A DNA stretch of 64,000 nucleotides from Dehalococcoidia bacterium (GTDB taxonomy: Bacteria > Chloroflexota > Dehalococcoidia > UBA2979). The translations under genes and the position numbers were made by a program. The notes below the pieces were generated by a model that was given only the letters and a program-made list of their open reading frames with translations, searched no databases and was not told where the DNA came from. The stretch is taken from contig CBDDEC010000004.1 in NCBI GenBank assembly GCA_965226785.1, positions 66,998 to 130,997 of the forward strand. The letters are read 5' to 3'. Shown here piece after piece: positions 9,374 to 18,163 of this stretch; within the stretch, counting starts at the first letter, position 1, and every line of letters begins with the position of its first letter.

Positions 9374-10594
9374 CTAGCTAGCCTCGAGCCAGGGCAGCCA
9401 TTCCGCGGGTGGTTCGTCGATGGGGATGGGAGAGAGCGCGCGGAGTCGCTCGACGATCGGGGGGAGGATCGCGAGCAGTCGATCAACGTCCTCCGGGGTG
9501 TTCTCGCGACCGAAGCTGAAGCGCAGCGAGCCGCGCGCGAGGTCGGCCGGGACGCCCATGCCGAGCAGTACATGGCTCGGCTCGACCGAGCCCGTCGTGC
9601 AGGCGGAGCCGGACGAGGCGGCGACGCCGGCGAGGTCGAGCGCGAGCAGGATCGACTCACCCTCGACGAACCCGACGACGCAGCCGACGTTGCCCGGCAG
9701 CCGCCGATCGAGGTCCCGTGGACCGGTGATACCCAGCATCGGGACGCGCATTGGCAGCTCCTCGATCAGTCGCTGCTGTAGTGCGCGCTCGTGCGAGAGG
9801 TCCGCCTCGCGACGCTCCGCCGCCAGCGCCATCGCGGTGGCGAAGCCGACGATCGCCGCGGTGTTCTCCGTGCCAGACCGCAGCCGACGCTCCTGGCCGC
9901 CGCCGACGTTCATCCCCTGCAACGGCGTGCCCGAACGCACGTAAAGGGCGGCCGCACCTCGAGGGCCGTAGAGCTTGTGCGCGGTGAAGCTCATCAGGTC
10001 CACGCCGAGTCGGTCGACATGCACGCCCATGTGCGCGACCGACTGCACCGCGTCAGTGTGGATCAGCGTGGACGGGTTGCGCTCGCGTACTGCGGCGCCG
10101 ATCGCGGCGAGGTCATTGATCGATCCGACCTCGTTGTTCGCGTGCATCACCGAGACGAGCACGGTGTCGTCGCGTACCGCTTCGGCGACCGCCGAGGGTT
10201 CGACGTGGCCATCCGCTTCAACGTCGACGACGGTGACCTCGGTGCCGTTGCGTTCCATCTGCTCAGCCGGGTCGAGGATCGCGTGGTGCTCGGCGCCGGT
10301 CGTGACGAGGTGCCGGCCTCGTCGCTCGGTGGCGGCGAGCACGCCTCGTAGCGCCAGGTTGTTCGACTCTGTGCCGCCGGAGGTGAAGACAATCTCGTCG
10401 GCGCTGGCGCCGATCAGCGTGGCGACTGATGCACGCGACTCGTCGAGCGCGCGCCGCGCCGTCTGCGCCTCGATGTAAATCGACGAGGGGTTGTGCCAGC
10501 GCTCGGTGAGATAGGGCAGCATCGCCTCGACGACCGCCGGGTCCGGCGGCGTCGTGGCGGCGTGGTCGAGATAGATACGGCCGTCCTCGCTCAT
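9374..10594 (-). CDS. Class I (NifS/IscS-type) cysteine desulfurase
   Basis: 406 aa: YLDHAATTP, TSGGTESNN, FTAHKLYGPRG (PLP Lys) and the active-site loop SSGSACTTGS. Confidence 0.9.
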   Translation of the reverse strand: MSEDGRIYLDHAATTPPDPAVVEAMLPYLTERWHNPSSIYIEAQTARRALDESRASVATLIGASADEIVFTSGGTESNNLALRGVLAATERRGRHLVTTGAEHHAILDPAEQMERNGTEVTVVDVEADGHVEPSAVAEAVRDDTVLVSVMHANNEVGSINDLAAIGAAVRERNPSTLIHTDAVQSVAHMGVHVDRLGVDLMSFTAHKLYGPRGAAALYVRSGTPLQGMNVGGGQERRLRSGTENTAAIVGFATAMALAAERREADLSHERALQQRLIEELPMRVPMLGITGPRDLDRRLPGNVGCVVGFVEGESILLALDLAGVAASSGSACTTGSVEPSHVLLGMGVPADLARGSLRFSFGRENTPEDVDRLLAILPPIVERLRALSPIPIDEPPAEWLPWLEAS

Positions 10595-10634
10595 GGATCG
10601 AGGATACGACTGGCGGCCACTCCCCGGCGGCTGG

Positions 10635-11383
10635 CTAGCTCGGCCGGATGCTCTGCCGCCCCGTGGCGCGCTCGTACGTCACGCGCATCTTCTCGGCGGC
10701 CTCCGCGCCCATGAAGCGCTCCGGCTCGTCGTAGTTCTTCGCCTCTTCCCAGACGTTGATGGCATCGACGGCGGCCTGGGTCGGATCGTCCTGGAGCGCC
10801 GGGAGGACCGCCTCGCTCCAGCGACCCATGCCAAGCGGCTGGCGCGCCTCGCGACGCTCGGCGATCAGGCGCAGGCGCGCGAGGACGCCTGCCACCTCGC
10901 GGGCGTCGGTCCAGGTGGCGCGGTAGACGACGATGCCACGGCCGTCGACGACGTAGACCGAGTTTGGCATGTTGCCCAAGAGGCCCTGCAGCGAGCCCTC
11001 CATGTCGTCGAGGAGGATCCCGATCTTGGGATCCTCCGCGGCCTGGAACGCCCTCGCGTACTCGGCGCGCTGCTGGAGGTCCTCGGGTTGCGGGAAGTCG
11101 CCGCCGGCGTGCGCCTCGCGGGCCCACACGGTGTAGAAGTCGGCGAGGTCGTCATACTCCTCGGCGAGTCGCTCCATGGGGGGAACCTCCCCCGGAAGGG
11201 CGGTCAGGTGAAGGAGCCGACCTCGAGGACGAAGGCCCGTCCGGCCGCTTCGGCGGGACTCCACGATCCGCCATCAAGCAACTGTGCGGTGATCTCCGGG
11301 AACGGTGTGCCGGCTGCCGGCGACTGCTGGCGGAAGCGGTCGAGCCGCTCGCTCATCGGTGACGGTCGGTTCTGCGTAGCCAT
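10635..11383 (-). CDS. Thioredoxin-fold, iodothyronine-deiodinase-like selenoprotein. In-frame TGA at 11204-11206 plus a 1-nt frame break at the G5 run 11189-11193
   Basis: From ATG 11383 (SD gggaggga) the sequence reads MATQNRPS...AGRAFVLEVGSFT-TGA-PPFRG, matching the deiodinase motif FGSxT-U-PPF. The family continuation (EVPPMERLAEEYDDLADFYTVWAREAH...VYVVDGRGIVVYR) lies in the -1 frame, which is track ORF 10635-11264. Confidence 0.7.
11178..11193 (-). other. Candidate SECIS hairpin GGGGG-agguu-CCCCC(C), 10 nt downstream of the UGA
   Basis: Minus strand: TGA ccgcccttcc GGGGG AGGTT CCCCCC. The loop contains GGU, and the position fits bacterial SECIS geometry. Confidence 0.45.
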
Positions 11384-11529
11384 GGACGTTCCCTCCCGAG
11401 CGACCGGCCGGGCAGCCGTTTCGCGCGTCGGCGCGAGCCTCGCACGCACGATACCAGCGTGGCGTCGGCTCCAACGACGTTTTGCACGTTTGTCCATGCG
11501 AAACGAGGGAAACTGGTACGCTGAGATCC

Positions 11530-12219
11530 ATGCCCGGACCGGACCGCGTCGAAGGCACGCGGAGCGCCATCCTCGAGATCTTGCGCCGACGATCCAGCGT
11601 CGGCGTTGAAGACCTCGCGCGCGAGCTCGGTCTCGCCGGCGCGACCGTGCGTCGCCACCTCGATGTGCTGTTACGCGATGACTACGTCGAGGTGACGCAG
11701 GAGCGAGGCCGCACCGGGCGTCCACGTCACATCTTTGCGCTGACCGAGGCCGGCGTGGAGCTGTTCCCGCATCACTATGTGCGGCTGACGCACCGGCTGC
11801 TCGAGGAGATCGTGGCGCTGCAGAGCGACGAGACCAGCGGCCGCGACGGCGTGGCGATCGCTGACCGTGTCTTCACGAAGATGTCGGAGCGCATCGCGAG
11901 CGAATACGGCCCGCGCGTGCATGGCGACAAGCTGGTGGAACGCACCCGCTCCGCCGTTGAGCTGATCGCCGCGGAGGGCATCGACTTCGAGCTCGATCTC
12001 AACTCGGACGGCGTGCGGCTGCTCGGACGCGGCTGCCCCTGTTCGCGGCTGGCGATCCCGACGGGTGGCGACGGCGTGCGGTCGTGCGACCACGATCGCC
12101 TGCTGCTGTCACGTATGATCGACGCCGACGTGGTACCGCTGCCGCCGGAGGAGGTGCCACACGCCTTCCTCTGCGGCTACGAGGTGCGCGAGCCGGCTTC
12201 GCCTCCGGGCCGCAACTGA
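11530..12219 (+). CDS. SufR-like (ArsR/DeoR-type wHTH, Cys-rich C-terminus) transcriptional regulator, second copy
   Basis: TRSAILEILRRRSSVGVEDLARELGLAGATVRRHLDVL...GRTGRPRHIFALTEAG...GRGCPCSRL..SCDH..FLCGY. It has the same architecture as the sufR at 37749. Confidence 0.65.
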   Translation: MPGPDRVEGTRSAILEILRRRSSVGVEDLARELGLAGATVRRHLDVLLRDDYVEVTQERGRTGRPRHIFALTEAGVELFPHHYVRLTHRLLEEIVALQSDETSGRDGVAIADRVFTKMSERIASEYGPRVHGDKLVERTRSAVELIAAEGIDFELDLNSDGVRLLGRGCPCSRLAIPTGGDGVRSCDHDRLLLSRMIDADVVPLPPEEVPHAFLCGYEVREPASPPGRN

Positions 12220-12263
12220 CTATACTGATGGCACGCCTCGCGGACAGACCGGGGCCAGGGGAG

Positions 12264-12737
12264 ATGTCGATGACCAACGCACCGCTGCCCGGCATGGGCA
12301 CGACGCTCAACAGTTCGAACAGCCCGCAGCCCGAGCCGGCTGCGGCTCCACCACCCGTGGGCTCCCCACTGGCGCCGCTCGTCACCATGACCGAGCGCGC
12401 AGCGGAGAAGGCCACGGCCGTCCTCGCCGAGCGCGGCCAGACGGACGGCTTGCTGCGCGTCTTCGTCGTCGGCGGTGGCTGCTCCGGCCATCAGTACGGC
12501 ATGTCGATTGCCGAGCGTGCCGAGTCAACCGACACCGTGGTCAAGATGGATGGTGGCGTGGACGTCGTGGTCGACCATGACTCGGTGCCGATGATTTCCG
12601 GCGCCGAGATCGACTACGTCGAGGACCTGATGAAGTCGGGCTTCACGATCTACAACCCAAACGCCGTCTCGGCCTGCGCCTGCGGCTCGTCGTTCCAGAC
12701 CGCCGGCAACACGGGGACGCCGCGCCCCTGCGCGTAA
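12264..12737 (+). CDS. IscA/HesB/ErpA-family Fe-S cluster insertion protein with an N-terminal Pro/Ala-rich extension
   Basis: LRVFVVGGGCSGHQYGM and the C-terminal NPNAVSACACGSSF motif. Confidence 0.85.
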   Translation: MSMTNAPLPGMGTTLNSSNSPQPEPAAAPPPVGSPLAPLVTMTERAAEKATAVLAERGQTDGLLRVFVVGGGCSGHQYGMSIAERAESTDTVVKMDGGVDVVVDHDSVPMISGAEIDYVEDLMKSGFTIYNPNAVSACACGSSFQTAGNTGTPRPCA

Positions 12738-12762
12738 CCTCGTCGCCCTGAGCATCAGCTGT

Positions 12763-12786
12763 AACGCCCCGCTTCGGCGGGGCGTT
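12763..12786 (+). terminator. Stem-loop terminator after the IscA gene (10-bp perfect stem, TTCG loop)
   Basis: AACGCCCCGC-ttcg-GCGGGGCGTT, 26 nt after the stop. Confidence 0.65.
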
Positions 12787-12827
12787 CGCGTTGTCGCAGA
12801 CCGCATCGCAGCGGCTACTATGCCGCG

Positions 12828-14677
12828 ATGTCTGTGCGACCGGAGGTGGGTGTGACCTCGTTCTGGACGCGGGCGCTCGAGGAGCGCTGGCGACGCTGGT
12901 GGGTGTTTGCCGCGCTCGCGGTCGTGACCGCGGGTGGGGCACTGCTGCGCCTCTATGACCTCGGGCGGGCGGGCGTCGGGAGCACCTTCTACGCATCGGC
13001 CATCTACTCGATGGGGCAGTCGCTCCACAACTTCCTCTACGCGGCCTATGACCCCGCCGGCACGATCCTGACGGACAAGCCGCCGCTGGCGCTGTGGCTC
13101 CAGGTCGCTTCGACGAAGGTCTTCGGATTCGAGGGCTGGGCGATGATCCTGCCGATCGCGCTCGCCGGGACCGTGGCGATTCCGCTGGTCTTCCTCGGCG
13201 CCCGTCGCACCCACTCGGTAGCCGCCGGTTTGCTCGCCGCGCTCGCGCTGGCCGTCTTCCCCGAGTCCGTGGCCACCGCGCGCGACTCGACGATGGACGC
13301 GTTGATGATGGCGATGCTTGCGGGCGCCGCCGTGCTCCTCATCGCCGCCGTCGAGGGCCGCCGCCCGCGGCTCTTGATCGCCTGGGCCGTCGTGATGGGC
13401 TGATCTTCAACGTGAAGTACTTCGAGGGCTTCGTGGTGATGCCCGCTGCGGCCATCTACCTGCTGGTCGTGCTGCGACACGAATGGCGACAGTGGGTCAT
13501 GCCCGTCGCTGGTGCGGCGGCGGTCGTCGTGGTCGTGTCGTTGTCGTGGGTCACGTTCGTCGAACTGACACCGGCCGAGGACCGGCCAATCGTGCTCAAC
13601 GACGAGGACAACAGCGCCTTCGGCCTGGTGGCGCGCTACAACGGCCTCGAACGGGTGCTCCCCGGCGACGTGACCATCTTCACCGCCGTCGATCCGAACG
13701 CGGAGGCGAGCGCTGGTCTGATCGCCGCAGCACAGCAGTTCGGCGTCGGCGACCGCGGGCCGCTGCGGTTCGTCAGGGGCTCGAACGGGGCACTGCTGGG
13801 AGCTTCGATCGTGCTGGCGCTGGCCGGGATCGGCCTCGTCGCCTGGCGGCGGCGCGACTGGCTCGACGGGCCCGGGCTGTTCTGGATCGCCTGGTGCCTG
13901 ACCGGGCTCGCGCTGTTCACCGTCTCCAACCGCGCGGCCGCGCACTACCACGAGTCCTATGCCCCCGCGCTCGCCGTCTTGATTGGCGTCGGTCTGGTCG
14001 AGGCGGGCCGCCTGACGGATCGCTGGCGAGCGCTGGTCCTCCCCTCGATCGTCCTGACGGCGGCGGCCGTGGGGTGGGTGGCCGTACGCAACCACGCAAC
14101 ACTGCACACAGAGGTTCGCGCCGCAGTCGTGCTGGCGGTGTTGGCGGCGCTGGCGGTCATGGTCCTGGCCAGGCGTCGATCGTGGTTCGGGCGCTGGCTC
14201 TGGGTGGCGCCGGCGGTCCTGGTGCTGGCGATCCCGCTGACCTCCTCGCTGTACATCGCGCGCGAGGCCCCTCGGGGCGGACAGATCACGCGACCGAATC
14301 CGCTGGTCTACGCGGCCGACGAGAGCCGGGGCGCTGGTGACCGCAGCGTTCCCATCGACCAGCTGTTCACCAGATTTGGGCGCATCGATGGCGAGTACCA
14401 GCTCGCGATCGATGGCGTGAACAACGCCGGCGAGGTGGTGGCGTACACCGGCGCCTCGGTGTTGCCGATTTACAACGAGTACCTGCGCACGCCGCTGCTC
14501 GCCGCCGAGGATCTGGACGCTCGACTGGCCAGCGGCGACCCGCCGTTCGTGCTGCTCACGGTGGCGAGGTTCCAGCAAGGGCTGCTCGACGAGGTGTTGC
14601 CGATCGTGACGCGACACTGCGCGTTCGACAGCGACCGGCAACTGGCTCGCGGATGGATCCTCTTCGACTGCCGCTAG
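12828..14677 (+). CDS. GT39/ArnT-like (PMT family) membrane glycosyltransferase, frame-disrupted at about 13397-13403
   Basis: The N-terminal ORF 12828-13403 (TDKPPLALW motif, multiple TM helices) ends ...AWAVVMG-TGA. The family continues in the -1 frame as LIFNVKYFEGFVVMPAAAIYLL... (ORF 13094-14677). One extra G in the GGG run would fuse the two. Confidence 0.7.
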
Positions 14678-14763
14678 GCGCAGCCCCGACGGTGCGCGAG
14701 CGGTATCCTGTTCGAGCCAATCGAGGATGGCCACCCGGCCGCGGATCGGGAGCAGACATCACC

Positions 14764-15210
14764 ATGAGCCAGGCGTGGATCACCGTAGGATCTTCCGCAA
14801 ACTTCGACGTGCTGCGCGAGCGGGGCTTTGACCTCTGCGCGTTCAAGGCCTCACGCCGCAAGCAGTCAGGCGACATGAAGCCGGGCGACCGGATCGCCTT
14901 CTACATCACGAAGGACGTGCTCTTCGGCGGTATCGTCGAGGTCACGGGCGAGGCCTTCGAGGACACCTCGGACATCGGGCTCGAGTCGGAGGGCAAGCCG
15001 GGCGAGGACTACCCGTTCCGCATCTCCACGAAGCCCCTCGCGATCGCCGAGCCCGGCCACGAAGTGAGTGTTCGCGAGATCACCGACCAGCTGGAGAAGA
15101 CGCGGAAACTGGGGCCGAAGAAGCTCGGGATGGCCTTCCGAGGCAACCTGCACCGGATCTCTGACGAGGACATGGGGGCCATCGAGCGCCTGATCGCAGA
15201 GAACGTCTGA
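14764..15210 (+). CDS. EVE (PUA-like) domain protein
   Basis: MSQAWITVGS..NFDVLRERGF...MKPGDRIAFYITKD..FGGIVEVTGEAFED...YPFRI. Confidence 0.55.
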   Translation: MSQAWITVGSSANFDVLRERGFDLCAFKASRRKQSGDMKPGDRIAFYITKDVLFGGIVEVTGEAFEDTSDIGLESEGKPGEDYPFRISTKPLAIAEPGHEVSVREITDQLEKTRKLGPKKLGMAFRGNLHRISDEDMGAIERLIAENV

Positions 15211-15262
15211 GCGAGCCGAGCAGGCTCACCGCGCCGGCCTGGCCGGCAGACCAGGAACGAGG

Positions 15263-15691
15263 ATGAACGACGAGCGACCCCGGCTGACACGCAGCCACGA
15301 CCGCACGCTGGGCGGCGTTGCCGCCGGCATCGCCGATTACGTCGACGTCGACCCGACGCTGATACGGGTGTTCTTCGTGATCGCGTTCTTCGTCGCCTTC
15401 GGCAGCATCGTGCTCGTGTACATCGCGCTCTGGTTCATCATGCCGGAGCCGTCGGACGATCCCGATGTTGAGGGCGAGTCGGGCGAACGCGCCGCTGTGT
15501 CGCTGAGGGGCGCCGACCCGGCGCTGATCCTCGGCGGCGCACTGGTGGTGATTGGGGCGTTGCTGCTGTTCAACGAGCTGGCCGTCGATCGCTTCTTCGG
15601 GTTCGGCCTGACCGCCGTTGCCTGGCCGGTGCTGCTGATCGCGGGCGGCGCGGCGCTTGTCCTGCGCGCCCGCGACCGAGTCGCGCGCTGA
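15263..15691 (+). CDS. PspC domain-containing membrane protein
   Basis: RLTRSHDRTLGGVAAGIADYVDVDPTLIRVFFVI is the canonical PspC N-terminal domain, followed by TM helices. Confidence 0.8.
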   Translation: MNDERPRLTRSHDRTLGGVAAGIADYVDVDPTLIRVFFVIAFFVAFGSIVLVYIALWFIMPEPSDDPDVEGESGERAAVSLRGADPALILGGALVVIGALLLFNELAVDRFFGFGLTAVAWPVLLIAGGAALVLRARDRVAR

Positions 15692-15707
15692 CCGAGGCGG
15701 GCCGAGG

Positions 15708-17606
15708 ATGAACCACCCGTTCCTCGACGCGCTCGAGCGCGGCGTCGTGCTGGCTGACGGAGCGACTGGCACGCAACTGCGCGCCCGCGGCTGGCGCGGT
15801 CCGAACGATGTAGCGATCCTCGATGCGCCGGAACTCGTGCGGCAGCTCCACGAGGAGTACATCGCCGCTGGCTCCGAGCTCATTCTGACGAACACGTTCC
15901 AGGGCAACCGCGCGCAGCTGACGCAGGTCGGCCTCGGCGATCGCGTCCGCGACGTGAACTTCACCGCGGCGCGCACCGCCCGCGACGCGCGCGAGATCCA
16001 CGGCGCGGAGGTCTTCATCGCCGGCTCGGTCGGCCCGATCGGGCGCGTGCTCGCCATCGGCGCGTGGAGCCTGGACGACGCGAGCGAGGCGTTCCGCGAG
16101 CAGATCGGCGCGCTGGTCGAGGGTGGGATCGACCTGCTGCTGCTGGAGACGATGCCGAGCGTCGAGGAGGCACAGGCCGCTCTGCGCGCCGCTCGCGACG
16201 TTACGGACCTGCCGGTGGTCGCGCTGGTCAACTTCAACAGCTCGCTGCGCTCGCCGTCAGGTGACGAGGCGGCCGCGATTCGGGACACCCTCTCGGCGGA
16301 CGGCGCCGATGCCGTCGGCATCAACTGTGGCGTCGGTCCGCAGGCCGCACTCGACCTCCTGCAATCGATGGCCGAGGGGCGCGACGAGGCATCGGCCGCG
16401 CCGCTTGCGGTGAAGCCGAACGCCGGACTACCACGACTGGTCGCGGGGGAGCCACAGTACCCCTCGACGCCCGAGTACTTCGCCGACTTCGCGCTGCGCG
16501 CCAAGGATCTGGGCGCGGCGCTGATCGGCGGATGCTGTGGCACGACGCCCGACCACGTACGCGCGATGCGGGCCGCCCTCGACAGCGCGGGCGCTACGTC
16601 GAGCGCGCCGCTGCAGGCCGGCAGCATCGGCACGGCGGTCGACACCCGCGGCGGTGTCGCCGGCGACCTCGAGGACCCGGCCGACGCAGAGGTCGCACCG
16701 GCCGAGCCCGGTGAGCGGGTTCGCGACCGGCTCGCAGCCGGTCGATTCGTGATCTCGGTGGAGATCGATCCGCCGCGTGGGATCAACCCTCGCAAGGCCA
16801 TCGCCGGCGCTCGTGAGCTGCTCGAGGCCGGCGCCGACGCGATCAACATCGGTGACTCGCCGATGGCCCGGGTGCGCATGAGCGCGCTCTCGCTGGCGGT
16901 GCAGATCCAGCAGCAGGTGGGGATCGAGACGATCATCCACCAGACGAGTCGCGACCGGAACCTGATGGCGCTCCAGGCCGATCTGCTCGGCGCCCATGCG
17001 CTCGATATCCGCAACATCATTGCTCTCACCGGCGACCCGCCGCCCGAGGCGTCGCAATCCTCCGGCGTCTGGGACGTGGACTCGATCGGGTTCATCCGTG
17101 TGCTCAAGCGGCTCAACGAGGGCATCGATTACGCCGGGAACTCGATCGGTCGCCCGACGGACTTCTTCGTCGCAGGCGCCGCCAACCCGACCGCCGACGA
17201 TGTCGAGCTCGAACTGCGCCGAGTGCGCTCCAAGCTCGAGGCGGGCGCAGACATCCTCATGACGCAGCCGGTGTACGACCGGCGGACTGTCGTGGAGTTC
17301 TTCGAACGCCTCGGTCCGATCGACGTGCCGGTGCTCCTTGGCGTGCTGCCGCTGATGTCGTCGCGCCACGCCGAGTTCATCCACAATGAGCTGGCCGGCG
17401 TGCAGGTGCCGCAGGACACGCGCGATCGCATGCGCGCGGCCGGCGAGGCGGGAGCGGCCGCCGGACTCGAGATCGCGATGGAGCACGTCGACCAGACGGT
17501 CGACCTTGACTTCGTCAACGGCGTCTACATCATGCCCTCGTTCGGTCGCTACGAAGTGGCGGCGGAGATGGTGCGCCAGGTCCGGGCCTCGCACGCCTCG
17601 AGCTGA
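15708..17606 (+). CDS. Bifunctional homocysteine S-methyltransferase / 5,10-methylenetetrahydrofolate reductase (YitJ-type fusion)
   Basis: The N-terminal Hcy-binding domain (LDGATGTQL...ILTNTF...GGCCGTTPDH) is fused to a MetF-like domain (FVISVEIDPPRG...). Start at ATG 15708. Confidence 0.85.
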   Translation: MNHPFLDALERGVVLADGATGTQLRARGWRGPNDVAILDAPELVRQLHEEYIAAGSELILTNTFQGNRAQLTQVGLGDRVRDVNFTAARTARDAREIHGAEVFIAGSVGPIGRVLAIGAWSLDDASEAFREQIGALVEGGIDLLLLETMPSVEEAQAALRAARDVTDLPVVALVNFNSSLRSPSGDEAAAIRDTLSADGADAVGINCGVGPQAALDLLQSMAEGRDEASAAPLAVKPNAGLPRLVAGEPQYPSTPEYFADFALRAKDLGAALIGGCCGTTPDHVRAMRAALDSAGATSSAPLQAGSIGTAVDTRGGVAGDLEDPADAEVAPAEPGERVRDRLAAGRFVISVEIDPPRGINPRKAIAGARELLEAGADAINIGDSPMARVRMSALSLAVQIQQQVGIETIIHQTSRDRNLMALQADLLGAHALDIRNIIALTGDPPPEASQSSGVWDVDSIGFIRVLKRLNEGIDYAGNSIGRPTDFFVAGAANPTADDVELELRRVRSKLEAGADILMTQPVYDRRTVVEFFERLGPIDVPVLLGVLPLMSSRHAEFIHNELAGVQVPQDTRDRMRAAGEAGAAAGLEIAMEHVDQTVDLDFVNGVYIMPSFGRYEVAAEMVRQVRASHASS

Positions 17607-17611
17607 AGGCG

Positions 17612-18127
17612 ATGCCGGCCAGCGAGATCCGACCGCTCCTCGCCGAGGACTGGGCCGCTTACCGCGATCTGCGGTTGCGTGCGCTCGCCGGCGCGCCCGA
17701 CGCCTTCGGACAGACCCTCGCGGTCGCACTCGAGTACGACGATGAACGCTGGCGCGAGCTCGCCAGCGACCGCGATGATGGACATCCGGAAGCCGCTTGC
17801 CTCGTGCTCGACGGTGCAGCCGGTGGACTGGTCGCGAGTTGCTCGGTCCGCCTCACCGACGACCCGAGCGTCGCTCGTGTGTTCGCGATGTGGGTCGACC
17901 TCGACCAGCGGGGCCGGCAGCTCGGCGGTCGCCTGCTCGACGCGGCCGAGGCGTGGGCGCGCAGTCGCGACGCCCCCCGACTGCTGCTTCATGTCACGCG
18001 TGGCAACCCGGCGGCGGAGCGGCTCTACGAGCGGGCGGGATACACGCCGACCGGCGAGGAGCAGCCGTTGCGTGAGGGCTCCTCGCGCGTGGCCGTCGAG
18101 CTCGGCCGGGACCTCACCGCCGGCTAG
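17612..18127 (+). CDS. GNAT family N-acetyltransferase
   Basis: MWVDLDQRGRQLGGRLLDAAEAWAR...ERLYERAGY is the acetyl-CoA binding motif. Confidence 0.8.
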   Translation: MPASEIRPLLAEDWAAYRDLRLRALAGAPDAFGQTLAVALEYDDERWRELASDRDDGHPEAACLVLDGAAGGLVASCSVRLTDDPSVARVFAMWVDLDQRGRQLGGRLLDAAEAWARSRDAPRLLLHVTRGNPAAERLYERAGYTPTGEEQPLREGSSRVAVELGRDLTAG

Positions 18128-18163
18128 CCCGCCTGCCGCCGCGGCCGGGCGTACGATCGACGC

